Source of the DNA: Escherichia coli
Lineage (GTDB): Bacteria; Pseudomonadota; Gammaproteobacteria; Enterobacterales; Enterobacteriaceae
Assembly (NCBI RefSeq): GCF_013122565.1
Contig: NZ_CP053258.1
DNA length: 64,000 bases
Direction: 5' to 3' (one strand)
The position numbers and the translations under genes were made by a program. Positions 1 to 11,448 of the stretch are shown here, one piece after another. Every line of letters begins with the position of its first letter. Positions within the stretch are counted from its first letter, which is position 1. The notes beneath the pieces are model-generated. The model was not told the origin of the DNA and made no database searches. It worked only from the letters and a program-made list of their open reading frames with translations.

Positions 1-506
1 TTCACCACGTTACGGCAAAGATGCAGCAAACTTAACACCAGCGGCTGAATGATATTTTGCTCCAGCGGCGAACGGCTAAGATGGGTGAGGGCGGTAAGCA
101 TCGCTTCACCTTCACCGCGTTGCAGGCTGGGCAGCTGGATCTGGCGAGCAGGATGCAACAACGACGTGGTGCGGCTATCGTAAAATGATAACCCAAGCCA
201 GGTCGGTGAGAACACCAGGCTTAACAGCATCACCGGTTTGTTGTTGACCGGTAAATTAGCCGCGCGCGCCGGAATAAACAGCATTTCTCCTTCCACCAAA
301 CGTTGCTGCTTTGCTTCCAGCAGATTGCCGTATTCGCCGCGCAGCACGATATCCAGACGGGGAAAATCAATACATAAACTGCCCACCGGCAACGAGGCAG
401 GCTGGCTGGCAAACCAGACGCGCCCCAGTAGTTGCGGGTTAAGCACCAGGCCGCTGAACAGATCGGCGAAAAATTGTTGATCGGCGGGCAAGCCTGGTGC
501 TTTCAT
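1..506 (-). CDS. ypdC: AraC-family transcriptional regulator YpdC, N-terminal part; gene continues past the window start
   Basis: Minus-strand frame open from ATG at 506 to the window edge, translating MKAPGLPADQQFFADLFSGLVLNPQLLG...; lies directly downstream of ypdA-ypdB as in E. coli. Not in the ORF track because it is truncated. Confidence 0.7.
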   Translation of the reverse strand, partial: MKAPGLPADQQFFADLFSGLVLNPQLLGRVWFASQPASLPVGSLCIDFPRLDIVLRGEYGNLLEAKQQRLVEGEMLFIPARAANLPVNNKPVMLLSLVFSPTWLGLSFYDSRTTSLLHPARQIQLPSLQRGEGEAMLTALTHLSRSPLEQNIIQPLVLSLLHLCRNVV

Positions 507-518
507 GAAAGTTCCCGA

Positions 519-1253
519 TTAAAGATGCATTAACTGGCGGAATTCTTTAACTTTGCTGCGGCTGACCGGCACTTCAAAATCCAGATCTTTCAGCCGCAGA
601 ATGTAGGTGTTATTAAACCACGGTTCGATCTCGCGGATTTTGTTCAGATTGACACAAAATGAGCGATGGCAGCGGAAAAAATGCGACGGCGGCAGTTTGC
701 TGCAAAATTCGGTAATGTTCATCGGCATTACGTAGGATTCACGCCGCGTATAAACAAAGGTCATTTTCTCGTGCGCTTCGGCGTAATAGATATCGTTAAT
801 GGGGGTGACGATTATTCGCTCATCTTTCACCAGATTTATGGTGTCATTCTCACGCGTTACCGTCGCGGCAGGCGTGCTGCTGGTCTGCTGTTGTTGCCAG
901 GCCGCTTCCAGTTTTTGCAGCATCCCGGTAATGCGTGACTCCTGATACGGTTTGAGAATGTAGTCAAACGCCTCCAGTTCAAACGCTTCTACCGCATGTT
1001 CTTTCCACGCGGTGATAAACACAATAAACGGTTTATGGGCGAACTGGCTGATGTTTTGCGCCAGCAACACACCATCCAGCGACGGAATATTGATATCCAG
1101 AAAAATGGCGTCGACGCGGTTATGCTGCAAAAACTTCAACACGTCCAGACCGTCGTCAAAGGTGCCGACAATCTCCATCTGGCTGTGCTCTTTAATTAGC
1201 CAGCTCAGTTCCTGTTGTGCCAGGAATTCGTCTTCAACAATGATGACTTTCAC
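519..1253 (-). CDS. ypdB: LytTR-family response regulator YpdB
   Basis: ORF 519..1271 has a receiver domain (VKVIIVEDE...D) and a C-terminal LytTR domain; the GTG at 1253 gives the 244-aa form I recall for K-12; start could be 1271. Confidence 0.9.
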   Translation of the reverse strand: MKVIIVEDEFLAQQELSWLIKEHSQMEIVGTFDDGLDVLKFLQHNRVDAIFLDINIPSLDGVLLAQNISQFAHKPFIVFITAWKEHAVEAFELEAFDYILKPYQESRITGMLQKLEAAWQQQQTSSTPAATVTRENDTINLVKDERIIVTPINDIYYAEAHEKMTFVYTRRESYVMPMNITEFCSKLPPSHFFRCHRSFCVNLNKIREIEPWFNNTYILRLKDLDFEVPVSRSKVKEFRQLMHL

Positions 1254-1267
1254 AATATCACTCCGGC

Positions 1268-2965
1268 TCAAAGCAATAACGTAGCCTGTGAGGCGACTGG
1301 GGTGCGTTGGTTAGGAATGTAAAACGCAATTTCCGTTCCTGGTTCCAGGCGGCGGATATGCAGCCCCTCGCCATACAATAACTTCACGCGATGATGGACA
1401 TTCAGCAGGCCAATTTTATTGCCCGGCATTTCATTCGCTTCGACCCGCTCAATCACCTTTGGATCGATGCCGTGCCCGGTATCCCGCACCGCAATGCGTA
1501 CCCGATTACCACACTCTGCAACGCTGATGGTGACAACGCCTTTACCTTTGCAAGGCTGAATACCGTGGACAATGGCGTTTTCCACCAACGGCTGGATCAG
1601 CAGGCTGGGAATGCAGCAATTCACCTCTTCATCAATATCATAGATAACCGTCAGCTTGTCGCCAAAGCGGGCCTGCTCAATGGCAATATAGTCTTTAATT
1701 TGATACAGCTCTTTTTTGATATCGATTTGCTCATCGTCTTTTAATTCAATGTTATAGCGCAGATAGCGCGACAAATTAAAGATCAGCTGGCGAGCAGTAT
1801 CCGGATTCAGACGGATCGACGATGAAATAGCGTTCAGAGCGTTAAACAGAAAATGGGGATTAATTTTGCTTTGCAGGGCGCGAAGCTCTGCCTTATTTGC
1901 CATTTCACGTAGCTGCTCGGCGCGTGAAACCTCCAGTTGGGTGGAGATGATTTGCGACAGACCGACCGCCATTTCCTGTAATGACGAGGTGATCTGATGC
2001 GCGTGGCAGTAGTAAATTTTCAGCGTTCCGGTCACAACGCCTTTCTCCCACAATGGGATCACCAGCATGGAATGAATCTCTGGTGTGCGGTGGGCTTCAT
2101 CATTGTTTTTAATGATTATTTTTCCGTAATTCATCGCCTGACGGGTAGTCGGGCTAATGAAGTCATCGCCATTCTGATAGTTATGTTCACCTACGCCAAC
2201 ATAGGCCAGCACATGATCGGTATTAGTAATCGCCACCGCATCGGCGTGAATATCATCGCGGATAATTTCGCAGACCTTGCGTAATGACTCGCTATTGACA
2301 TGGCGAAACAGCGGCAGCGTTTTGTTGGCGATATCCAGCGCCAGCTTGGCCTGCCGCGCGGCGCTGGCCTCTTTTTCGCCCTCAACGCTTTGCACCAGAA
2401 GCACAATAAAGCCGATACAGACGCTGCCGAGGATCATTGGAATGCCGATTTTAGAGACGATATCGATCCCCAACGCGGTAGTTGGTGCCCAGACAATCAC
2501 CAGAATCATGGTCAACGTTTCGCACAACATGCCGCCGAGAATACCGACGCGCCAGCGCTGCGCTTTGGGGATTTTCAGGTTGATCCAGCCCGATATACAA
2601 CCCGCCAGAATGCTGGTGATAAAGCAGGGGATCGCCGTCACGCCGCCGATATCAATTAAATAACGGTGAATACCCGCAATCACGCCGGTAATGATGCCGA
2701 CCCACGGGCCAAACAGAATCCCGCCTGACATCACCGCGATAATACGTACGTTCACCAGCGAGCCTTCTACGGGGACGCCGGACCAGGTGCTGAACAGGGC
2801 GAACAGCGAGAAAATGGCGGTAACAGCAAGCAACTCTTTTGGGGAGTGTGCCGACTTGTGCAACAGCTCGCGAAACAGGCGGATACGGATGAGAAAGAAC
2901 AGGCAGATAAGCATTAACGCTGCCCGATCGAAGACCGCCAGCAGCATGTTGAATATTTCGTGCAC
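1268..2965 (-). CDS. ypdA: Sensor histidine kinase YpdA (LytS family, 5TM-GAF-HK)
   Basis: 565-aa ORF with N-terminal membrane domain and histidine kinase motifs ([15 protein letters not shown]); directly upstream of ypdB. Confidence 0.92.
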
Positions 2966-3341
2966 GGGTGACTCTGAATAAGGATTAAACCTCTATGATA
3001 GGTAACCTGAAGGCTGATGACCAGCAGGCCGTTTTTGAGGAAAAACCACAATTTTAAAAGGGGATTGAAAGATAAATGGTGTATTAGCAATGCATCTCTT
3101 GATAATGCACATCTGGGTGGTAAATTTATTGAAATTATAATGTTAATAAAATGAGTGGTATTTTTCTTGTTAGCGTAGATAAATTTCCTGTTTTTAAAGC
3201 GGAGTTCCTCATTTAAAGCCATTAACAAAAATGTTCTAAAACGCTGGACAGACAGAAATTAATCAGGCTATTTTCAAAACAGCCACCATCGTGGCAGCGT
3301 CGCTCGGACGGTCCGGGCGCTAACGTTAATCTGAGGAAATT

Positions 3342-4580
3342 ATGGCTGACACTCGCCCTGAACGTCGCTTTACGCGCATTGATCGTCTCCCGCCCTACGT
3401 TTTTAACATTACCGCTGAACTGAAAATGGCTGCGCGTCGGCGCGGCGAAGATATTATCGATTTCAGTATGGGTAACCCGGACGGTGCCACTCCACCGCAT
3501 ATCGTCGAAAAATTATGTACGGTGGCCCAGCGCCCGGACACGCATGGTTACTCCACGTCACGCGGCATTCCGCGGTTACGTCGCGCCATTTCTCGCTGGT
3601 ATCAGGATCGATACGACGTTGAGATCGACCCGGAATCAGAAGCCATCGTCACCATTGGTTCGAAAGAGGGGCTGGCACACCTGATGCTGGCGACGCTGGA
3701 TCATGGTGACACGGTGCTGGTGCCGAATCCAAGCTACCCCATTCATATTTACGGCGCGGTGATTGCCGGGGCTCAGGTACGCTCAGTGCCGCTGGTGGAA
3801 GGTGTCGATTTCTTCAACGAACTGGAACGCGCCATTCGTGAAAGTTATCCGAAACCGAAGATGATGATCCTCGGCTTCCCGTCGAACCCCACCGCGCAAT
3901 GCGTGGAGCTGGAGTTCTTCGAAAAGGTTGTGGCGCTGGCGAAACGCTACGATGTGCTGGTGGTCCATGACCTGGCCTATGCAGACATCGTCTACGATGG
4001 CTGGAAAGCGCCGTCAATCATGCAGGTGCCAGGTGCACGCGATGTGGCGGTCGAGTTCTTTACGCTGTCAAAAAGCTACAACATGGCGGGCTGGCGTATC
4101 GGCTTTATGGTTGGCAACAAAACGCTGGTCAGTGCGCTGGCACGTATTAAAAGCTATCACGATTACGGCACCTTTACGCCGTTGCAGGTGGCAGCGATTG
4201 CGGCGCTGGAGGGCGATCAACAGTGCGTGCGCGATATTGCCGAACAGTACAAACGCCGCCGTGATGTACTGGTAAAAGGGCTGCATGAAGCGGGCTGGAT
4301 GGTCGAAATGCCGAAGGCTTCGATGTATGTCTGGGCGAAAATCCCTGAACCTTATGCTGCCATGGGCTCGCTGGAATTTGCCAAAAAGCTGCTTAACGAA
4401 GCGAAGGTCTGTGTCTCTCCGGGGATTGGCTTTGGCGACTACGGCGACACGCATGTTCGCTTTGCACTGATTGAAAACCGCGACCGTATTCGTCAGGCGA
4501 TTCGTGGGATTAAAGCGATGTTCCGTGCCGATGGTTTACTACCCGCCAGCACCAAACATATTCACGAAAACGCGGAATAA
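3342..4580 (+). CDS. alaC: Glutamate-pyruvate aminotransferase AlaC (class I PLP aminotransferase)
   Basis: 412-aa ORF with aminotransferase class I motifs ([12 protein letters not shown]); length and position match E. coli AlaC/YfdZ. Confidence 0.92.
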   Translation: MADTRPERRFTRIDRLPPYVFNITAELKMAARRRGEDIIDFSMGNPDGATPPHIVEKLCTVAQRPDTHGYSTSRGIPRLRRAISRWYQDRYDVEIDPESEAIVTIGSKEGLAHLMLATLDHGDTVLVPNPSYPIHIYGAVIAGAQVRSVPLVEGVDFFNELERAIRESYPKPKMMILGFPSNPTAQCVELEFFEKVVALAKRYDVLVVHDLAYADIVYDGWKAPSIMQVPGARDVAVEFFTLSKSYNMAGWRIGFMVGNKTLVSALARIKSYHDYGTFTPLQVAAIAALEGDQQCVRDIAEQYKRRRDVLVKGLHEAGWMVEMPKASMYVWAKIPEPYAAMGSLEFAKKLLNEAKVCVSPGIGFGDYGDTHVRFALIENRDRIRQAIRGIKAMFRADGLLPASTKHIHENAE

Positions 4581-4600
4581 ACACCGACCTCAAAAATGCA

Positions 4601-4629
4601 AACAGGAGCCTGATGGCTCCTGTTTTTCA
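4601..4629. terminator. Rho-independent terminator-like hairpin between convergent alaC and ypdK
   Basis: Inverted repeat aacaggagcc/ggctcctgtt followed by a T-run, immediately after the alaC stop. Confidence 0.5.
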
Positions 4630-4644
4630 TTGCACAGTTTGCTT

Positions 4645-4716
4645 TTAGATCATCAGGGCAAAAGTACCGGCCCAAACGATGACCATAAAAGAAATGCCCA
4701 TAAAGAAATATTTCAC
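4645..4716 (-). CDS. ypdK: Small membrane protein YpdK (23 aa)
   Basis: Minus-strand translation from GTG at 4716 gives (M)KYFFMGISFMVIVWAGTFALMI-stop, matching my recollection of the 23-aa YpdK; too short for the ORF track. Confidence 0.6.
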   Translation of the reverse strand: MKYFFMGISFMVIVWAGTFALMI

Positions 4717-5071
4717 TTTACATCTCTCCGCGTAATTACTGTTACGCCTGAATGACTTCATTACACCTGATACAGTGAGTTGACACCGGGCAAAACGACC
4801 TTAAAAGTCCTGTATTTTACCGTGGGCATCACCCCAGAATTCTGAGCTAAACTGCTCCAGACGGCGCTAATGTACGCCTAAAATTGAAACGAGACAATAG
4901 GCATTTTCTTATTTACTTTTAGTAACTTACAGGTGTCTCATATCGGCGACAGTTTAATTTCTGACGGTAATAATTAGAGATTCAGCGAAGGAAAAAACCT
5001 TAAGAAAAAAGCCATAAAAACCATGGGGTTATTATGGCTGATTTGAGGAGGGAAAGAGTCAGAGCAGTTTG

Positions 5072-5992
5072 TTAAATGTATAGCGACGATTCTCCCACCG
5101 GGCGCGTTTTAAAGCGACGGTGGATCCAGAGGTACTGCTCCGGTGCGCGCATGATCTCTTTTTCGATAATCTTGTTCATATAGGCAGCGGCTTGATTTTC
5201 ATCTGCCGGGTAGCCTTCCATCTCTGGGGTGATGAACAAACGATATCCGCTGTAATCCGCTTTTCTTACCATCGTTACGGTCAACATGGCTGCGCCAGAG
5301 AGACGGGAAAGGACATACGTACCATTGGTTGTGGCGACATTTTCCACCGCAAAGAACGGTGCGAAGGAGCTGCCTTTACGACCATAATCCTGATCGGGAG
5401 CAAACCATACCGCTTCACCTTTCTTCAGTGCACTGACAATGCCGCGCAGATTATTTCTGCCGATCATCGCTTTGTTAGAACGCATGCGACCACGGGTCTG
5501 CACCCATTCCATCAGCTGATTATTATGTGGACGATAGGTAGCCATCATTGGTTGGCACAGTCCCATCACGCGACCGCCCAGTTCCAGCGACATAAAATGG
5601 ACGCCGACAACCATTACGCCGCGATTTTGCATTTGTGCGCGTTTAAGGTTATCCAACCCTTCAACATCAAACCATTTACGTACGCGACTGTCGGGCCAGA
5701 ACCACGCCATGCCGGTTTCTACCAGCGCCATGCCGAGTGAACGAAAGTTTTCGGCAATCATCTTCTCGCGTTCTTCCGCAGAATGCTGCGGGAAACAAAG
5801 TTCCAGGTTTTTACGGGCGATAGATTCACGACGTTTCAGGAATGGTCGCGCCATTGCGCCAATACGCGTGCCGAGAAAGCAGAGAACAGGGTATGGAAGT
5901 TGTACCCAAAGCCAGAGTACACCAAGCCCAAACCATGTGAGCCAGTAGCGAGGATGTAGAAACTCGCGGGAAAATTTGCAATGTGGAAACAT
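5072..5992 (-). CDS. lpxP: Lipid A palmitoleoyltransferase LpxP (cold-induced acyltransferase)
   Basis: ORF 5072..6058; internal ATG at 5992 gives MFPHCKFSREFLHPRYWLTWFGLG..., the 306-aa LpxP-like acyltransferase. Confidence 0.9.
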   Translation of the reverse strand: MFPHCKFSREFLHPRYWLTWFGLGVLWLWVQLPYPVLCFLGTRIGAMARPFLKRRESIARKNLELCFPQHSAEEREKMIAENFRSLGMALVETGMAWFWPDSRVRKWFDVEGLDNLKRAQMQNRGVMVVGVHFMSLELGGRVMGLCQPMMATYRPHNNQLMEWVQTRGRMRSNKAMIGRNNLRGIVSALKKGEAVWFAPDQDYGRKGSSFAPFFAVENVATTNGTYVLSRLSGAAMLTVTMVRKADYSGYRLFITPEMEGYPADENQAAAYMNKIIEKEIMRAPEQYLWIHRRFKTRPVGESSLYI

Positions 5993-6344
5993 AGTTACCT
6001 TCTGTAGATACGAATTGTTGTATCGCAGAAGATTCCATGTCGACAGCGGTACACTCAATTGGTTGGGCCATCATGTACGACAATGGTTCCTGTAAAGAGT
6101 GTAAAGACTAGTCAGGACATAACCACGAGGAGCATGAATGCGGTGGCTCTACTTTATCACTGGCTGACTGCTTTCAGCTACTGATTATTAATCGTGCAAA
6201 GTAAAAAATTTTCCCCACGCAATAGTGTTGCATTTAACATGCTGTTTTAATTGATGCTTAGCAAAAATTGCCAGAGGTTAAGGATTGTCTTACTATTAAA
6301 GTGACTGAAGTTACAGGTTTTTTAGCGCGGCAGGAGGTTGAGCT

Positions 6345-6587
6345 ATGATTTATTTATGGATGTTTCTCGCCCTGTGTATTGTCTGCGTAAGCGGCTACAT
6401 TGGTCAGGTCCTGAACGTGGTATCGGCGGTCTCTTCTTTCTTCGGCATGGTGATCCTCGCTGCACTCATTTATTACTTCACCATGTGGTTAACTGGCGGT
6501 AATGAACTGGTGACGGGGATATTTATGTTTCTTGCCCCGGCTTGTGGCTTGATGATTCGCTTTATGGTGGGGTATGGCAGGCGCTAG
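6345..6587 (+). CDS. yfdY: Small inner-membrane protein YfdY
   Basis: 80-aa hydrophobic ORF MIYLWMFLALCIVCVSGY...; conserved position between lpxP and ypdI. Confidence 0.8.
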   Translation: MIYLWMFLALCIVCVSGYIGQVLNVVSAVSSFFGMVILAALIYYFTMWLTGGNELVTGIFMFLAPACGLMIRFMVGYGRR

Positions 6588-6663
6588 TGGGTCAGGATGG
6601 TTCATTTGGGCAGGTGTTCACATCAGCATCAGGCATGATTGTTCACCTGCCATGTGACAGACG

Positions 6664-6939
6664 CTATCGCACAGGATGAATAAGATAATTCGCCTTTGTC
6701 GGAAAAGGGGGCGGAATTTCTTCTGTGAGGTTTAATGGTGGCGCATCTTCTCTCATTTTTAACAAAATCGCCTGTGATGGCTGAAATTTTGTAGAGTGAG
6801 TTGTCGTCATCGCTGACGTTTTTTCCGTCTCTTTATAGCTCGCCTCACTACCACCACCAGAAATAGAAAATGCAAAAACATTGCATGCCATAATAGAGAC
6901 CAATAAAAATAAGCTAAAAAGCATTAAGTTTACTTTCAT
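6664..6939 (-). CDS. ypdI: Putative lipoprotein YpdI
   Basis: 91-aa ORF with signal peptide and lipobox-like ...IMAC; position matches E. coli ypdI. Confidence 0.75.
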   Translation of the reverse strand: MKVNLMLFSLFLLVSIMACNVFAFSISGGGSEASYKETEKTSAMTTTHSTKFQPSQAILLKMREDAPPLNLTEEIPPPFPTKANYLIHPVR

Positions 6940-7081
6940 AGAAAGTTATCCTGAAAATGGTTCACTGAAAACCTACGATGTTATGGCTGTATTTACATAT
7001 AATTAATCAGTATTTACATCGATATAATAAATGATATCTCTTTGTGGTATATAAGAATAGTTCTCTGTGACAGGAAGCAGA

Positions 7082-7099
7082 TTCCTACAATTGTAAGAC
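7082..7099. promoter_or_regulatory. Putative EvgA box upstream of yfdX
   Basis: ttcctaca-at-tgtaagac matches the 18-bp EvgA inverted-repeat consensus TTCYTACA-NN-TGTARGAA at 17 of 18 positions, about 135 bp upstream of yfdX. Confidence 0.45.
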
Positions 7100-7234
7100 T
7101 AAAATACTTCTTGCGATAATAACTACAACTGTAAGACAATCCTTTCAAAATGACCGTTGCTCTCTGATTTCTCATTTCATGCTCACCCAATATGATGGCG
7201 GCGTTTTCTAAAACTGTTAAAGAATGAGGTAAGT

Positions 7235-7870
7235 ATGAAACGTTTAATTATGGCCACGATGGTCACAGCAATTCTGGCATCTTCAACTGTATGGGCTGCT
7301 GATAATGCTCCGGTAGCGGCACAACAGCAAACTCAGCAAGTTCAGCAAACCCAGAAAACGGCAGCGGCAGCAGAGCGTATCTCTGAACAAGGTTTATATG
7401 CGATGCGTGACGTGCAGGTAGCGCGCCTGGCTCTGTTTCATGGCGATCCGGAAAAGGCAAAAGAACTGACCAATGAAGCTTCAGCTTTGTTGTCAGATGA
7501 CAGTACCGAATGGGCAAAGTTCGCTAAGCCAGGTAAAAAGACCAATCTCAATGATGACCAATATATTGTCATTAATGCATCTGTCGGAATTTCTGAGAGT
7601 TATGTAGCGACACCCGAAAAAGAAGCCGCGATAAAAATTGCCAATGAAAAAATGGCGAAAGGGGATAAAAAGGGCGCAATGGAAGAGCTTCGCCTGGCCG
7701 GTGTTGGTGTAATGGAAAACCAATATCTGATGCCGCTTAAACAGACTCGTAATGCACTTGCTGATGCGCAGAAACTGCTTGATAAAAAGCAATACTACGA
7801 GGCAAACCTGGCGCTTAAAGGTGCGGAAGATGGAATCATCGTCGATAGCGAAGCACTGTTTGTGAACTAA
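7235..7870 (+). CDS. yfdX: Periplasmic protein YfdX (EvgA-regulated)
   Basis: 211-aa ORF with N-terminal signal peptide ([21 protein letters not shown]); matches E. coli YfdX. Confidence 0.9.
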   Translation: MKRLIMATMVTAILASSTVWAADNAPVAAQQQTQQVQQTQKTAAAAERISEQGLYAMRDVQVARLALFHGDPEKAKELTNEASALLSDDSTEWAKFAKPGKKTNLNDDQYIVINASVGISESYVATPEKEAAIKIANEKMAKGDKKGAMEELRLAGVGVMENQYLMPLKQTRNALADAQKLLDKKQYYEANLALKGAEDGIIVDSEALFVN

Positions 7871-8380
7871 TGCTGACAGGCAGTATATTGATGTAAAGGA
7901 TTTAACTCCCTCCAGCCGACAATTTTTTATGACCACAATACGACAGGTTGTGGTCATAAAATTATTTGGCGCTCGCGGTTCTATAAACTCGCATTTTATC
8001 TTCCTCAAAGTAAACCGCAATAACCCGTGTCATCACAAATCATTTATTATGTTATGTTTTATGGTACGCTTTAAAAAGCGTAATCATACCCTTACTTGTA
8101 AATCACCGGCGCTTCTTACAGTTGTAAGAATAACATCACAAATGTCGCGGCTCTCTCTGATTACCGCGAACCAATATTTATCATATTCTTCTTTTCGTCC
8201 TCACTACTTACCATGCAGAAAGGAATTGGAAGTAGCGATGAAATGATTTTCAGTACTTGATACAGGAATTTAAAAATATCGAGTGCAGCTACGACGATAT
8301 TTTGCGGATTATTTATAGAGGCGTTATGTCTTAAATAAACGCTAAATTAACACATATTTAATTAACTAATAGGTATTGCT

Positions 8381-9631
8381 ATGTCAACTCCACTTCAAGG
8401 AATTAAAGTTCTCGATTTCACCGGTGTGCAATCTGGCCCATCTTGTACTCAAATGCTGGCCTGGTTTGGCGCTGACGTCATTAAAATTGAACGTCCCGGC
8501 GTTGGTGACGTAACGCGTCACCAGCTGCGAGATATTCCTGATATCGATGCGCTTTACTTCACCATGCTTAACAGTAACAAACGTTCTATTGAATTAAATA
8601 CCAAAACAGCGGAAGGCAAAGAGGTAATGGAAAAGCTGATCCGCGAAGCTGATATCTTAGTCGAGAACTTTCATCCTGGGGCCATTGATCACATGGGCTT
8701 CACCTGGGAGCATATTCAAGAAATCAATCCACGTCTGATTTTTGGTTCGATCAAAGGGTTTGATGAGTGTTCGCCTTATGTGAATGTAAAAGCCTATGAA
8801 AACGTTGCTCAGGCAGCGGGTGGCGCGGCATCCACTACGGGTTTTTGGGACGGTCCGCCGCTGGTAAGCGCTGCAGCGTTGGGTGACAGCAACACCGGAA
8901 TGCATTTACTGATCGGTTTACTTGCTGCTTTGCTGCATCGCGAAAAAACGGGGCGTGGGCAACGAGTCACCATGTCAATGCAGGATGCCGTATTGAACCT
9001 TTGCCGCGTGAAATTACGCGACCAGCAGCGTCTCGATAAATTGGGTTATCTGGAAGAATACCCGCAGTATCCGAATGGCACATTTGGTGATGCAGTTCCC
9101 CGCGGCGGTAATGCGGGTGGTGGCGGTCAGCCTGGCTGGATCCTGAAATGTAAAGGTTGGGAAACCGATCCTAACGCCTATATTTATTTCACTATTCAGG
9201 AGCAAAACTGGGAAAACACCTGTAAAGCCATTGGCAAACCAGAATGGATTACCGATCCGGCATACAGTACAGCCCATGCCCGACAGCCACATATTTTCGA
9301 TATTTTTGCTGAAATCGAAAAATACACTGTCACTATTGATAAACATGAAGCGGTGGCCTATTTGACTCAATTTGATATTCCTTGTGCACCGGTTTTAAGT
9401 ATGAAAGAAATTTCACTTGATCCCTCTTTGCGCCAAAGTGGCAGTGTTGTCGAAGTGGAACAACCATTGCGTGGAAAATATCTGACAGTTGGTTGTCCAA
9501 TGAAATTCTCTGCCTTTACGCCGGATATTAAAGCTGCACCGCTATTAGGTGAACATACCGCTGCGGTATTGCGGGAGCTGGGTTATAGCGACGATGAAAT
9601 TGCTGCAATGAAGCAAAACCACGCCATCTGA
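8381..9631 (+). CDS. frc: Formyl-CoA:oxalate CoA-transferase Frc
   Basis: 416-aa ORF, family III CoA-transferase; N-terminus [20 protein letters not shown] matches Frc/YfdW. Confidence 0.93.
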   Translation: MSTPLQGIKVLDFTGVQSGPSCTQMLAWFGADVIKIERPGVGDVTRHQLRDIPDIDALYFTMLNSNKRSIELNTKTAEGKEVMEKLIREADILVENFHPGAIDHMGFTWEHIQEINPRLIFGSIKGFDECSPYVNVKAYENVAQAAGGAASTTGFWDGPPLVSAAALGDSNTGMHLLIGLLAALLHREKTGRGQRVTMSMQDAVLNLCRVKLRDQQRLDKLGYLEEYPQYPNGTFGDAVPRGGNAGGGGQPGWILKCKGWETDPNAYIYFTIQEQNWENTCKAIGKPEWITDPAYSTAHARQPHIFDIFAEIEKYTVTIDKHEAVAYLTQFDIPCAPVLSMKEISLDPSLRQSGSVVEVEQPLRGKYLTVGCPMKFSAFTPDIKAAPLLGEHTAAVLRELGYSDDEIAAMKQNHAI

Positions 9632-9684
9632 TATTAACGGGAGCTTCTGGCTCCCAATTTATAAAAATTTCGAGGTTATTAATC

Positions 9685-11379
9685 ATGTCAGATCAACTTC
9701 AAATGACAGATGGTATGCATATCATCGTTGAAGCATTAAAACAGAATAATATTGACACTATTTATGGTGTTGTAGGTATTCCTGTGACGGATATGGCACG
9801 CCATGCCCAGGCGGAAGGCATTCGTTATATTGGTTTTCGTCATGAGCAGTCGGCAGGCTATGCCGCTGCGGCAAGCGGTTTTCTTACCCAAAAACCGGGG
9901 ATCTGCCTGACAGTGTCTGCGCCAGGATTCCTCAATGGTTTGACCGCATTGGCCAACGCAACGGTAAATGGTTTTCCGATGATCATGATTAGCGGCTCCA
10001 GCGACCGCGCGATCGTCGACCTACAGCAAGGTGATTATGAAGAGCTGGACCAAATGAATGCGGCAAAACCGTATGCCAAAGCAGCATTTCGCGTTAATCA
10101 GCCGCAGGATCTTGGCATTGCATTGGCACGCGCTATCCGGGTCTCAGTATCGGGTCGCCCTGGCGGAGTTTATCTTGATTTGCCTGCAAATGTCCTGGCC
10201 GCGACGATGGAAAAAGACGAAGCGTTAACCACGATTGTAAAAGTTGAAAATCCGTCGCCAGCATTATTGCCATGCCCGAAGTCAGTCACTAGCGCAATTT
10301 CGCTTTTAGCAAAAGCTGAACGACCATTAGTTATCCTTGGCAAAGGCGCGGCGTATTCACAAGCTGATGAACAGCTTCGTGAATTTATTGAAAGTGCCCA
10401 GATTCCATTCCTGCCAATGTCTATGGCGAAAGGGATCCTCGAAGATACGCATCCACTTTCTGCGGCAGCTGCGCGTTCGTTTGCCCTGGCAAATGCTGAC
10501 GTTGTCATGCTTGTTGGTGCACGATTGAATTGGTTACTGGCACACGGTAAAAAAGGATGGGCGGCAGATACACAGTTTATTCAACTGGATATTGAACCGC
10601 AGGAAATTGACAGCAACCGCCCCATTGCTGTGCCAGTCGTTGGCGATATTGCATCCAGTATGCAAGGTATGCTGGCAGAACTGAAACAAAACACATTTAC
10701 GACTCCACTGGTATGGCGCGATATTTTAAATATCCACAAGCAGCAAAATGCACAAAAAATGCATGAAAAATTAAGTACAGATACCCAACCATTAAATTAC
10801 TTTAATGCATTAAGTGCTGTGCGCGATGTATTGCGCGAGAACCAGGATATTTATTTAGTTAATGAAGGTGCAAATACCCTGGATAATGCACGAAATATTA
10901 TTGATATGTATAAACCACGTCGTCGTCTGGATTGTGGTACCTGGGGTGTCATGGGTATCGGTATGGGCTATGCCATCGGTGCTAGCGTGACCTCTGGTTC
11001 TCCGGTTGTCGCTATTGAAGGTGATAGTGCTTTTGGTTTCAGTGGGATGGAGATTGAAACGATTTGTCGATATAACCTGCCGGTGACGATCGTTATTTTT
11101 AATAATGGCGGCATCTACAGAGGAGACGGTGTTGACCTCAGCGGCGCTGGTGCACCATCGCCAACGGATCTGTTGCACCATGCAAGGTATGACAAATTAA
11201 TGGATGCGTTTCGTGGCGTTGGCTATAACGTCACCACGACAGATGAACTTCGTCATGCTTTAACCACCGGAATTCAGTCGCGCAAACCGACCATTATTAA
11301 TGTGGTCATCGACCCAGCAGCAGGAACTGAAAGTGGCCATATTACCAAACTTAACCCAAAACAAGTCGCTGGTAATTAA
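9685..11379 (+). CDS. oxc: Oxalyl-CoA decarboxylase Oxc (TPP-dependent)
   Basis: 564-aa ORF with thiamine-pyrophosphate enzyme motifs (GDSAFGFSGMEIETICRYNLPV...NNGG). Confidence 0.93.
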   Translation: MSDQLQMTDGMHIIVEALKQNNIDTIYGVVGIPVTDMARHAQAEGIRYIGFRHEQSAGYAAAASGFLTQKPGICLTVSAPGFLNGLTALANATVNGFPMIMISGSSDRAIVDLQQGDYEELDQMNAAKPYAKAAFRVNQPQDLGIALARAIRVSVSGRPGGVYLDLPANVLAATMEKDEALTTIVKVENPSPALLPCPKSVTSAISLLAKAERPLVILGKGAAYSQADEQLREFIESAQIPFLPMSMAKGILEDTHPLSAAAARSFALANADVVMLVGARLNWLLAHGKKGWAADTQFIQLDIEPQEIDSNRPIAVPVVGDIASSMQGMLAELKQNTFTTPLVWRDILNIHKQQNAQKMHEKLSTDTQPLNYFNALSAVRDVLRENQDIYLVNEGANTLDNARNIIDMYKPRRRLDCGTWGVMGIGMGYAIGASVTSGSPVVAIEGDSAFGFSGMEIETICRYNLPVTIVIFNNGGIYRGDGVDLSGAGAPSPTDLLHHARYDKLMDAFRGVGYNVTTTDELRHALTTGIQSRKPTIINVVIDPAAGTESGHITKLNPKQVAGN

Positions 11380-11448
11380 ATACTGACATCGTCTCCTCTT
11401 GCCAACTTATTATGCGATGGTGAGGGGACCCTTATCGGAAATACTATT

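Noticed and set aside
4471-4755. 94-aa plus-strand ORF after alaC
   Set aside because: Spans the alaC terminator and runs antisense to ypdK; not a credible gene.
5120-5740. 206-aa plus-strand ORF
   Set aside because: Antisense to lpxP; shadow ORF.
7493-8020. 175-aa minus-strand ORF overlapping the yfdX 3' end and the yfdX-frc intergenic region
   Set aside because: Overlaps yfdX on the opposite strand; AT-rich low-complexity translation; no RBS or motif support.
7929-8246. 105-aa plus-strand ORF between yfdX and frc
   Set aside because: AT-rich intergenic region; implausible composition; more likely promoter/regulatory DNA for frc.
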